Assembly: GCA_965366815.1 (NCBI GenBank)
Contig: CBDUGV010000003.1
Coordinates: 741 to 64,740, forward strand
Source of the DNA: an uncultured Bdellovibrionales bacterium
GTDB taxonomy: Bacteria; Bdellovibrionota_C; UBA2361; SZUA-149
DNA length: 64,000 bases
Reading direction: 5' to 3'
The translations under genes were made by a program, and so were the position numbers. This document shows, one piece after another, positions 56,493 to 64,000 of the stretch; position 1 is the stretch's first letter; every line of letters begins with the position of its first letter. The notes below the pieces were generated by a model. That model saw only the letters and a program-made list of their open reading frames with translations, had not been told where the DNA came from and did no database searches.

Positions 56493-58451
56493 TTACTCTG
56501 GGCGAAACAGTCCGTCATCGGTCTTAATACAAGATTGTTCTGCGCACTCAGGAGGTCCACACCATGCTCCGTCATAGAGGACTGGCTTGTCAGGTGGGCA
56601 AATGCAGAGACAGCTATTGACGTTGAGCGCACCCCCGTGGCAAGCCAGGTTGCCAGGGCAGGCACAGCGATTTCCAACGGCAACTTTTGGGTCCGGACAT
56701 GTTTGACACCTGCAGTTAGACTTGAGGATTGAATTCGAACCACAACTGTCAGGAGTGAGGTCGCACACACAGCTGTTGCCTTCCGGCCTGGTGTTTGGCG
56801 GACAATCCGTGCAAGCACAGTTAGCGTCGTTGCGAATTTGACCAGCTGCGCAGGTATTGGTGCAACGGCAGGAACCGTTTACAATTTCCTTTCCGTTTGG
56901 ACATGAATAACAGGAGCACGTACTCGAATTCAATAATTGGTTCCCAGGACACTGTCGGTTACAGATGCATCGTGTGCCTTCGCCAATGAATCCGTCGGGG
57001 CAGCTGACGCACGAACAGCTCTGCTGATCGAGACGCTGGCCTTCCGGGCATTGCTTGTTACACACTCACCAGAGACCCCAAACAGGGACATGATCGGGCG
57101 GGCAAGCATCACAACGGCATTCCGACAGATTGAGAATTTCTGTTTGTTCGTTACAAGTTCCCCAAGCCTCACAAACACAAGAATTTCCGACTTTGGTGGT
57201 TCGGGGCGGACAAGGCGTGCAGCGACAGTTAACATAGTCGATGACCTCATTTTCTGCGCATTCAACATCACACACACAATTGTTGTTCTTTACCACTTTT
57301 GGTGGAGCACAGGATTCGCAACGACATTGGCTCGCGTTTAGATACTCACCCGCGTTGGGGTCGCAGTCTGCTTGGCAGACGCAGGTTGTATGTTGATCAT
57401 TTGCAACAGTTGCTCCTGGGCAGTTAAAGCATTTACAGTTAAGGAGATCTACAATCTGCTTTTCGCCAGTACACTCATTCTCTGTTATAAAATTAGCCGG
57501 GCAGCTACAAGAAGTCCCTTCTTCGTTTGCCATTTCTTGATTTGGGCAGTCGATGCAGGCGCAGTTATTTTGATCAAATATCTGATTCTCGCCGCAGCTC
57601 GCTTCTTCCGCGGTGGCAAACTGACAGTTGGTGCATCTACCAGAGTTATCTGGCATGAGAAAATTATCTCCGGGACATTCGCAGGTAAACGAACCATCGG
57701 GTTGTTCAACGTAGATGAGCCCTTCGCGACAGGAACAGACACCTTCTTCGCTTTCAACCTTCGACCCGTCGTCGGGATAGTCTTTACAGGGGCAAACGGT
57801 AGTTCCTTCTTCCCCGGCCGCGACAGCATCATTCACACAGTCGATTCGTTTGGGGAACGAAGGAGCAGAGCGTCGCTCTCGAAACCCAGAAGCAAAGCCC
57901 GACACTTGCAGAGGTCCCAAGAACCAGAGATAGGGCCGTACTTCAGCCCGTAAGGTAACTTCAATTGGTCGCTCACGTAGTTCAGCCGTAAGTGACGGGC
58001 CATTCGGAAGCTCTGCATCAAACGAATACTTGGGATCTGCAGTGTCCCCCTTTTTGTAATACGCACGTATGTCACTTGCGCCCAACATCAACTCTACTGC
58101 GGGCACGGTGTCGTCTCCGCCAACAAAATACATCGAGCTGTTCGCCGCCTTATCACCGATCATCGTGCGAAGGGGCATCTGTCGTGCAGTGGTCAAAACT
58201 GAAGTGATCGCTGATTCACGGCGAGATCCACAGGCAGACTGGTCTCCATCTGGCAAAAAGCGACAGTCGGTATCGAGATCTTCAACCACGGCCGCGAGCG
58301 ATACTGCTCGATTGGCCGAGCTATTGAGAATAGCTCGAGCTGTGAGGTATCGAGAAAAATCCATTAGGCCGAGCGTGAATAGAATGAGTAGCGGTAGAAC
58401 GAGTGCGAATTCCCAAATGGTCGCGCCATCCTGGTCGTTTTGTAGTCGCAT
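56493..58451 (-). CDS. TadE/TadF-like pseudopilin N-terminus fused to about 450 aa of tandem Cys-rich repeats. The reading frame is interrupted by one in-frame TGA at 57066-57068.
   Basis: TadE motif (IWEFALVLPLLILFTLGLMDFSRY). Repeats alternate CxCxxCP and CxCxxxC. Track ORFs 57066..58451 and 56493..57065 are in the same frame, separated only by TGA. The TGA aligns with a conserved Cys of the repeat (W*VCNKQCP versus RCICNRQCP). So this is either a selenocysteine codon, a nonsense mutation (pseudogene), or a sequencing error. Confidence 0.55.
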
Positions 58452-58466
58452 GAGCCCGGCTTTATC

Positions 58467-58934
58467 TTATCCAGCGTTGGCAAATAGGTATGGGCCGGTA
58501 GCTTCCGCTCCGAGATTTCGAAGCGAACCGAATTGTTCGAAAAATGGTTCGAAACTCAATTGTAGCCGCACCCGTACCTCTAGTTGATCATTGGCGTTTT
58601 TGTACAGCTCAGTCGAGAGACCTGAAACTGAAGTTCCCGGCACTCCATAGCGGTCGAGTAGGAATCGTACACGGTTTTGCACTTCGTAATGACCCTGAGG
58701 AAGAGAACGGTTGGCGGTATCGTGGTAACCCATCTCCAATGCACTATGGGAAACAGCGTACCTCGCCCCTTCGTAAACGACACGCCGCACATTTAAGTAT
58801 TGGTTTGCCGCTCTCCCTAGATCGACCGTTGCTGATACTAATAACAGTAAGAACGGCAAGGTAATAGCAATTTCGAGGAAGGCGTGTCCGCGCTCGTTAT
58901 CATTATCTCTATGTAGGTTGGACCTAAACATCAC
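58467..58934 (-). CDS. TadE-like pseudopilin.
   Basis: HAFLEIAITLPFLLLLVSATVDLGRAANQY is the TadE family N-terminal motif. 155 aa. Confidence 0.6.
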   Translation of the reverse strand: MMFRSNLHRDNDNERGHAFLEIAITLPFLLLLVSATVDLGRAANQYLNVRRVVYEGARYAVSHSALEMGYHDTANRSLPQGHYEVQNRVRFLLDRYGVPGTSVSGLSTELYKNANDQLEVRVRLQLSFEPFFEQFGSLRNLGAEATGPYLFANAG

Positions 58935-59135
58935 CGTTAATTTTCAAAGACCCCGATTTTGTTAGAGAAATTAGACACCTTTGCACCCCAAGACCGCTAG
59001 CAAGTGCTTCAGGGGGTTACCGCAACTTAACCGTTAGTAAGTTCGACCTCTGAGTATAATTACTTTAGTATTTCACTGTGGGAATTATGGGGTAGTTGGG
59101 AAAATTGCGAGTAGCTGCTCAAGCCCTCTGCAGAA

Positions 59136-60278
59136 CTATCGGTTGAGGACTGCCCGAACACCGAGCAATAGTGTGCGCAGGGGCTTTATCAAGTAGTAGA
59201 GGGCAAACAGCCGATCCGGAACATTCACATCCCAATCCGAATCATGCGGTATGCACATTCGACCCAAGACATAGCGGAATTTCGCAGCAGGCCTCTTGCG
59301 CAGGCGAAGGTTGATTCTAGCGAAATCCAGTGCCGAATATGGTCGGCCTGTGCGCAGTTGATGCTCAATACTCTTGGCAATTGCTTGAAGTGTTGCATCT
59401 TGATCCCAGCGTTCTTGTATGGAGGCTGGGATCTTTGCTGAGAGAAGCTTGACGCTTAGCAGAAAAGGCACGGCAAGGAACCGACCTAGCTCGGGATGCA
59501 ATGTATAGGTTTGTATATAGTTCCAGTCGAGATCGGCATTATCGACTATCATGCGAATGTCGAGCAGATACTTCAACTGTAACCACAGATCCTTGCTCCC
59601 GTGGATGCACCCCCAAATGAGCGCGTCCTCTGCCGACATGGTTTTTACGTAGCGCTCTTCGATTCGAACTTCAATCGCTCGAGACCATAGACTCTTCAGC
59701 GCTCCTGGCAGCGCGTATTGCTTCTCTATCAAAGCCCAATGAAGATCGAGTTCCATTACATTCTGTTTTCTCCGCAGGACTATCGCGTGTTGCGTCTTGA
59801 ATTCTGATTCTTGCTGAGCCGGGGTGAGTGGATTCTTCGGGACATAGCCAAGTTGGGATAGCAATCGAAGCGCATCTGCCCTATCTCCAGGTTGCACAAG
59901 TAAGTCTAAATCAGAATAATCTCGAGCCTTGCCCTCGGGGTAGGCCAGTTCAGCGAGAGCCGGCCCCTTAATACAAAGGACCGGAATCAGTTGCTCTTCG
60001 AATGCAGCGAGTATTCTGAGAAGTTCACCGCGAATAGTCAGCCCCAGCGCGATGCTCTGACGGGGCTCCTCAGCTAGCAGGGTGTCCTTGTTGTTGAGCA
60101 CCCGGGCAGTCGCCAGGGACACTCCATGAAAGGCGGCTAGTTCGAGCAATTTTTCAACAGTGCAAGAGTCACTTGGTAAAACAGATTCACGACTTTTTTC
60201 ATCTGCAAAAGCGAGCAGTGCTTCTCGCAACATCTCGAATTCAGCGCTCGTTGCAGCCATAGACTCTCTTAGTAACAA
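59136..60278 (-). CDS. Nucleotidyltransferase-family protein of the kind common in polysaccharide loci.
   Basis: 380 aa; weak match to the 'nucleotidyltransferase family protein' seen in exopolysaccharide (EPS) and capsule clusters; context only. Confidence 0.4.
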   Translation of the reverse strand: MLLRESMAATSAEFEMLREALLAFADEKSRESVLPSDSCTVEKLLELAAFHGVSLATARVLNNKDTLLAEEPRQSIALGLTIRGELLRILAAFEEQLIPVLCIKGPALAELAYPEGKARDYSDLDLLVQPGDRADALRLLSQLGYVPKNPLTPAQQESEFKTQHAIVLRRKQNVMELDLHWALIEKQYALPGALKSLWSRAIEVRIEERYVKTMSAEDALIWGCIHGSKDLWLQLKYLLDIRMIVDNADLDWNYIQTYTLHPELGRFLAVPFLLSVKLLSAKIPASIQERWDQDATLQAIAKSIEHQLRTGRPYSALDFARINLRLRKRPAAKFRYVLGRMCIPHDSDWDVNVPDRLFALYYLIKPLRTLLLGVRAVLNR

Positions 60279-60441
60279 CTGGAGAAGTGGTTACCTAGTA
60301 ATTTACTCACATTAACAAAAATTGACCGGCAAACTAGGGAATAGAGATATCAGCTTGTTTGCCCATCTTTATGAAACAAAACATCGATTTCCACCATCAC
60401 AGAGAAGGATAGCATAAAGCAAAATAACCCTTGTAAGACTG

Positions 60442-61761
60442 ATGAAGACGAAACGATTGGTTTACTGGTTCTTGGTGGCAACCCTGCTTGCAGGGTGTGT
60501 GCGTTTTATTCCTTCGCGCGCCGATTTGAATAAGCCCTACGGCAACGATCCTTCTATCGAGTATGTGGGAAGGAGCGCCTTCTACCTCTACGACCGAGAG
60601 CAGCGCAGTCGACTTGCTGCATTGATCAAGAAACGAATTGCCAATGCGCCAGAGAAATGGGATTCGGCTTATCGAATTGGGGCCGGTGACCAAGTGCGCA
60701 TCGATGTCAAAAATTTCGAAGAGATAAGTCGTGAGTATAAGGTAAACCCTGACGGCTTTATTAGTTTGCCTTTTGTCGGCAAACAGCAAGTTGCGGGACT
60801 AACTGATTCTGAAATTGCCGACCGGGTTGCAAAAGTAGTCGAAGACTATGTTCTTGAGCCACAGGTCCACGTCGAGGTGACCGATTACTCTGCATACAAA
60901 GTGTGGTTGATGGGTGGTCAATTCGATGGCGTCAGTGGGACGGGAAATGACACCGGCTATAAAAATCGAGCATTTCCGCTTCGGCGCCCGAACTACTCGC
61001 TCGTTGAACTACTTGTGGAGACTGGTGAAGCAGAACTCCTGGCCTCCGGGGGGGTCATATACATCTATCCCCAAGGTGGTCTCTATTCAGTTGATTTGTT
61101 GAGCAAGAAGAAAATTACTTCTCTGCGTAGAACAACGCTTGAGGATATGAGTCCGTTTTGCAACCGCAATAGTGAAGGTTGGGCAACTGACGGCGGAGAA
61201 GATGCGTCGGCGAGTTGTGGTCCCTATCAAATGCTTGATTCGCAAATACCTCTTGATAAGAAGTATCACCCGAAGGCACGAATTCAGATCGACGTTGAGG
61301 AGCTGTTTGGCGGCATATCCCGTCCACCTCTCTACGTGCCCCTTCGTCCGGGAGATGCAATCTACATACCACCTCCACCCTTGATTCAAGTCTATGGGGA
61401 GGTGAACGCGCGTGGTTCCGTTCGAGCTTCTCGTGGAACAGGCGGATCGCGCGGCGGGGTTCAGGCCGGCTCTGTGAAGCCAACGCTAATGTCTGTTTTG
61501 ACTGAAGTGAGAGGCCTTACCTATGCCGCTGATATCCACAATCTCGAAATTTTTCGCGAGCTCGAATTTGGTAAAAAAGTCGTGTTGAAAGTAGATTTTG
61601 AACAACTGACGCTTCGCGGTACTCAGGATATTCGATTACGCGATGGTGACATTGTATGGGTTCCGAGTCAGTCAGGCAGATTCAGCGAACAGCATAGCAT
61701 CAATGCGATCAATTCTGTTCTGAATGCTGGAAATAATGCCCGCAATACGGCGACTCAGTAA
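60442..61761 (+). CDS. Polysaccharide export outer-membrane lipoprotein (Wza-like; Poly_export plus SLBB domains).
   Basis: Lipobox (LLAGCV) and Poly_export motif (YRIGAGDQVRIDV...VNPDGFISLPFVGKQQVAGLTDSEIADRV). Confidence 0.75.
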   Translation: MKTKRLVYWFLVATLLAGCVRFIPSRADLNKPYGNDPSIEYVGRSAFYLYDREQRSRLAALIKKRIANAPEKWDSAYRIGAGDQVRIDVKNFEEISREYKVNPDGFISLPFVGKQQVAGLTDSEIADRVAKVVEDYVLEPQVHVEVTDYSAYKVWLMGGQFDGVSGTGNDTGYKNRAFPLRRPNYSLVELLVETGEAELLASGGVIYIYPQGGLYSVDLLSKKKITSLRRTTLEDMSPFCNRNSEGWATDGGEDASASCGPYQMLDSQIPLDKKYHPKARIQIDVEELFGGISRPPLYVPLRPGDAIYIPPPPLIQVYGEVNARGSVRASRGTGGSRGGVQAGSVKPTLMSVLTEVRGLTYAADIHNLEIFRELEFGKKVVLKVDFEQLTLRGTQDIRLRDGDIVWVPSQSGRFSEQHSINAINSVLNAGNNARNTATQ

Positions 61762-61778
61762 GGGATGGATAGAGCGGT

Positions 61779-63410
61779 ATGTCGTCGATAAAGAGAGACT
61801 ATTTTTCTTCACTTCCGTACAAAATTCTCCAGCGTCGTTGGCTGGTGATTGTACCGTTCGTGTTGATAATGAGCCTCATATTTGCGTATACACGAAATGT
61901 CGACCTCTTTCGAAGTTCTGCTATTGTTACGTTTCATACTGAGTACATGCTTGCCGATCGCGATCGGGCGATAAAGAGTCTATTCGAAGATAAAGTCAGC
62001 TCAGTCGTCGGTTCCCTGCGATTTGGAGAACCCCTTCGCTCGATTGCTCAAAAAGTCTGGCCGGACCTGGACGCCAATACGAACCCAGTTGTGTTTAATG
62101 CACGGGCACAAAAGCTGGGGTCGTCCAATGGTATTCAACTGGCTTTTCGACGAGACAATTTTCGGGCGCTCACTATCTCTTACACCTCAAAAGATCCAGA
62201 TGAAGCCTATCGAGTAGTGCAAGCCACGATCGAAACGCTGATGGAAGAGTCGAAATTCCGCACCGAGCGAAGAGTGGCAAGTAGCGCTTCATTTATGAAT
62301 CGTGAAATTGAGGAATCCAAGAAGAAGCTCGAAGAAATTGACCAAGAAATTGCTCGGTTGGAAAGCGGTCTTGCCCCCTTTATCGACGATGGAAATGGCG
62401 CTGGGGCCGCCTCAGATTCCGCTGTGCGCCGAGCTGGATTAATGCGAGGTGGGAATCCAATCAATTCCATAAAATATAGGGAATTGCTTCCCAAAGTGCA
62501 GTTTGATCTAAAAGTTGCCGAGAAAGAACTGGAGCGATTGGTTTCTCGATTAGAAAATCAAAGTTATCTAGATGATGCGCGACAGCTCGAGAACGTGCTC
62601 CCTCATTCCGATGATCCGACCCTGAGCGAGCTTCGTGCCGCAATTCGCGAAAAGCAGAAACAGCGAAACATATTGTCCTCACAGGGTTTTCTAAAACTGC
62701 ACCCAAAGCGCAAAGCCCTGGAGGCGGAGATTAGAAATCTCGAGCGCTTGGAAGAGGAACGAGTCACAGAGCTTCAGGCCAAGACTGGTGAGCAGGGATT
62801 CGAACTCGCAAAACTGAAGCTTGAAAGTCAGATTAGGACAGAAATCGGAAACAAAACCGAAGAAATCTCTCGACTGCGTGATCGGATTTCAGTGCTTGAG
62901 AGATACGAAGAAGAGGTCGCCGCGCAGAGCGATGCGCTCGTCGATCAAATTGATCTGATATCAATGCAGCAATCGCAACTGGAACAACTGAAACAACAAA
63001 AAATTGTGAAAGCAGAGGCCTATCATCAAGCAGTCTCTGAACTAGATATCATTCGGAGGCAGGGACGAGCCGACCGTGACGATATCGGGTTACAGATAAC
63101 AATTGCAGAAGCTCCCAAGCTTCCCAAGAGCGCACTGCCATTGGCACATATGAGTACAATAGTGATGGGTATCGCCCTGTCGCTGGCCGGAGGAATTGGA
63201 CTGGTTTGTGGACTTGATGGCTTGGATTCTTCGCTCGAATCGACTGCAGAGCTGCGAGAGATTGTACCCGTACCAGTTATTGGTGAGACCGACCGAATGG
63301 TAAGTGCTGAGCAACGGACACGAATGCGTCTGAGAAGTGCGGTGCTTTTGCTATTCTTATTGTTGTTTGTCCTTTCATCTGATCAGATTGTGACGAGGTT
63401 TTTCTTGTAA
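61779..63410 (+). CDS. Polysaccharide chain-length determinant / co-polymerase (Wzz/GumC-like PCP) protein.
   Basis: N-terminal TM segment, long coiled-coil periplasmic region, C-terminal TM (IVMGIALSLAGGIGLVCGL). Confidence 0.6.
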   Translation: MSSIKRDYFSSLPYKILQRRWLVIVPFVLIMSLIFAYTRNVDLFRSSAIVTFHTEYMLADRDRAIKSLFEDKVSSVVGSLRFGEPLRSIAQKVWPDLDANTNPVVFNARAQKLGSSNGIQLAFRRDNFRALTISYTSKDPDEAYRVVQATIETLMEESKFRTERRVASSASFMNREIEESKKKLEEIDQEIARLESGLAPFIDDGNGAGAASDSAVRRAGLMRGGNPINSIKYRELLPKVQFDLKVAEKELERLVSRLENQSYLDDARQLENVLPHSDDPTLSELRAAIREKQKQRNILSSQGFLKLHPKRKALEAEIRNLERLEEERVTELQAKTGEQGFELAKLKLESQIRTEIGNKTEEISRLRDRISVLERYEEEVAAQSDALVDQIDLISMQQSQLEQLKQQKIVKAEAYHQAVSELDIIRRQGRADRDDIGLQITIAEAPKLPKSALPLAHMSTIVMGIALSLAGGIGLVCGLDGLDSSLESTAELREIVPVPVIGETDRMVSAEQRTRMRLRSAVLLLFLLLFVLSSDQIVTRFFL

Positions 63411-64000
63411 TGTTGGAGAAAGTAAGCGAATTGAAGAGCTGGTTGCTCCGTGCGCCGCAAAAACTGATAGAGCAGCGTTCAACTGTTGAACGGTTTTTCT
63501 TAGACTATTCGTTGCAACGACACAGAACTCCAGATGGAGTAGACCCACATGTTGTCGCCTATAGTGACCCTAATTCACTTATTGCAGAACAATACAAAGC
63601 ACTTTGTACAAAGCTTTTTGTTGGTAGTGCTGAAACCAAGCTAAAAGTAGTTGCGGTGACAAGTTCTCAGCCAGGAGAAGGGAAAACCACAACTGTTTCC
63701 AATCTCGCTGCTACCCTGGCCTCAAACTTCAAGCAGAAAGTAATAATAATCGACACGGATTTGCGTCGCCCGGCAATACACAAGTTCTTCGGTGTTCCGA
63801 AATCCCCAGGCTTGGTTGATATACTGAAAGGCTCTGCAGACTATCGACAGTTTACCGAAGAGCCAGCGGTTCGCAATTTGTATGTTATTCCGGCGGGGAG
63901 TCCTACTGAAAATCCAGGGAGTCTACTGAACTCGGCTGGAATTAAAGTACTGCTCTCACGAATAGCGAGCAAGTTTGATATTGTCATCTTGGATACATCC
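63410..64000 (+). CDS. BY-kinase (Wzc/CpsD-type tyrosine autokinase ATPase domain), 3' partial at the window end.
   Basis: Walker A (VTSSQPGEGKTTTVSNLA) and Walker A' (VIIIDTDLRRP). The start ATG overlaps the upstream TAA (TAATG). Confidence 0.7.
   Translation, partial: MLEKVSELKSWLLRAPQKLIEQRSTVERFFLDYSLQRHRTPDGVDPHVVAYSDPNSLIAEQYKALCTKLFVGSAETKLKVVAVTSSQPGEGKTTTVSNLAATLASNFKQKVIIIDTDLRRPAIHKFFGVPKSPGLVDILKGSADYRQFTEEPAVRNLYVIPAGSPTENPGSLLNSAGIKVLLSRIASKFDIVILDTS

Noticed and set aside
57066-57068. Treating the in-frame TGA as a genuine gene boundary (two separate genes, 461 aa and 190 aa).
   Set aside because: The downstream ORF would start with a GTG directly abutting the stop, with no Shine-Dalgarno, and it continues the same Cys-repeat register. 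A single interrupted gene is more parsimonious (see findings).
1-64000. Looked for CRISPR arrays, IS elements / transposases / integrases, tRNA and rRNA genes.
   Set aside because: No regularly spaced direct repeats, no transposase- or integrase-like ORFs, no tRNA-like TΨC/anticodon stem signatures in intergenic regions and no rRNA-like sequence. All inverted repeats found are isolated single copies.

Overview
This is a densely coding 64 kb chromosomal segment of roughly 50-55% GC with Gram-negative (proteobacterial-type) gene content, and I found no transposase, integrase, CRISPR array, rRNA or tRNA. Main contents:
- A phenylacetate (paa) catabolic cluster split into two blocks. Block 1 (1-4518, minus strand) is paaZ (5' partial), paaY, paaJ thiolase, a 3-hydroxyacyl-CoA dehydrogenase and an enoyl-CoA hydratase/isomerase. 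Block 2 (21989-24547, minus strand) is paaABCD. About 17 kb of signalling genes lies between them.
- The inserted region holds two paralogous hybrid histidine kinases with N-terminal pseudo-receiver domains, a creBC-like two-component pair, an ECF sigma/anti-sigma pair divergent from an orphan cpaB, a family-1 glycosyltransferase and a PAP2 phosphatase.
- Beside paaG sit a fused E1 alpha/beta TPP-dependent dehydrogenase and a fumarylacetoacetate-hydrolase (FAH)-family protein.
- 24.6-32.4 kb: pgi, dsbD, an FAD oxidoreductase, a DCC(DUF393)-membrane fusion protein and a YbaN-like protein.
- 32.6-51.5 kb: a 1225-aa secreted metzincin with thrombospondin type 3 repeats, DUF983, a large membrane protein, four small secreted hypotheticals, srkA, a tandem-repeat protein with a peptidoglycan-binding domain, an M43 metalloprotease, a TPR protein, a SMUG1-family uracil-DNA glycosylase and a 921-aa FG-GAP protein.
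- 51.9-64 kb: a polysaccharide locus (nucleotide-sugar dehydrogenase, methyltransferase, nucleotidyltransferase-family protein, Wza-like exporter, chain-length determinant, BY-kinase).
- Embedded in that locus is an orphan TadE/TadF/TadG-like pseudopilin triad. Its middle gene is a roughly 650-aa TadE-like protein with Cys-rich repeats, split by an in-frame TGA at a conserved Cys position.
- The anti-sigma factor's periplasmic domain is a CpaB C-terminal-domain paralogue.
Several intergenic palindromes and repeat arrays look like operator sites.
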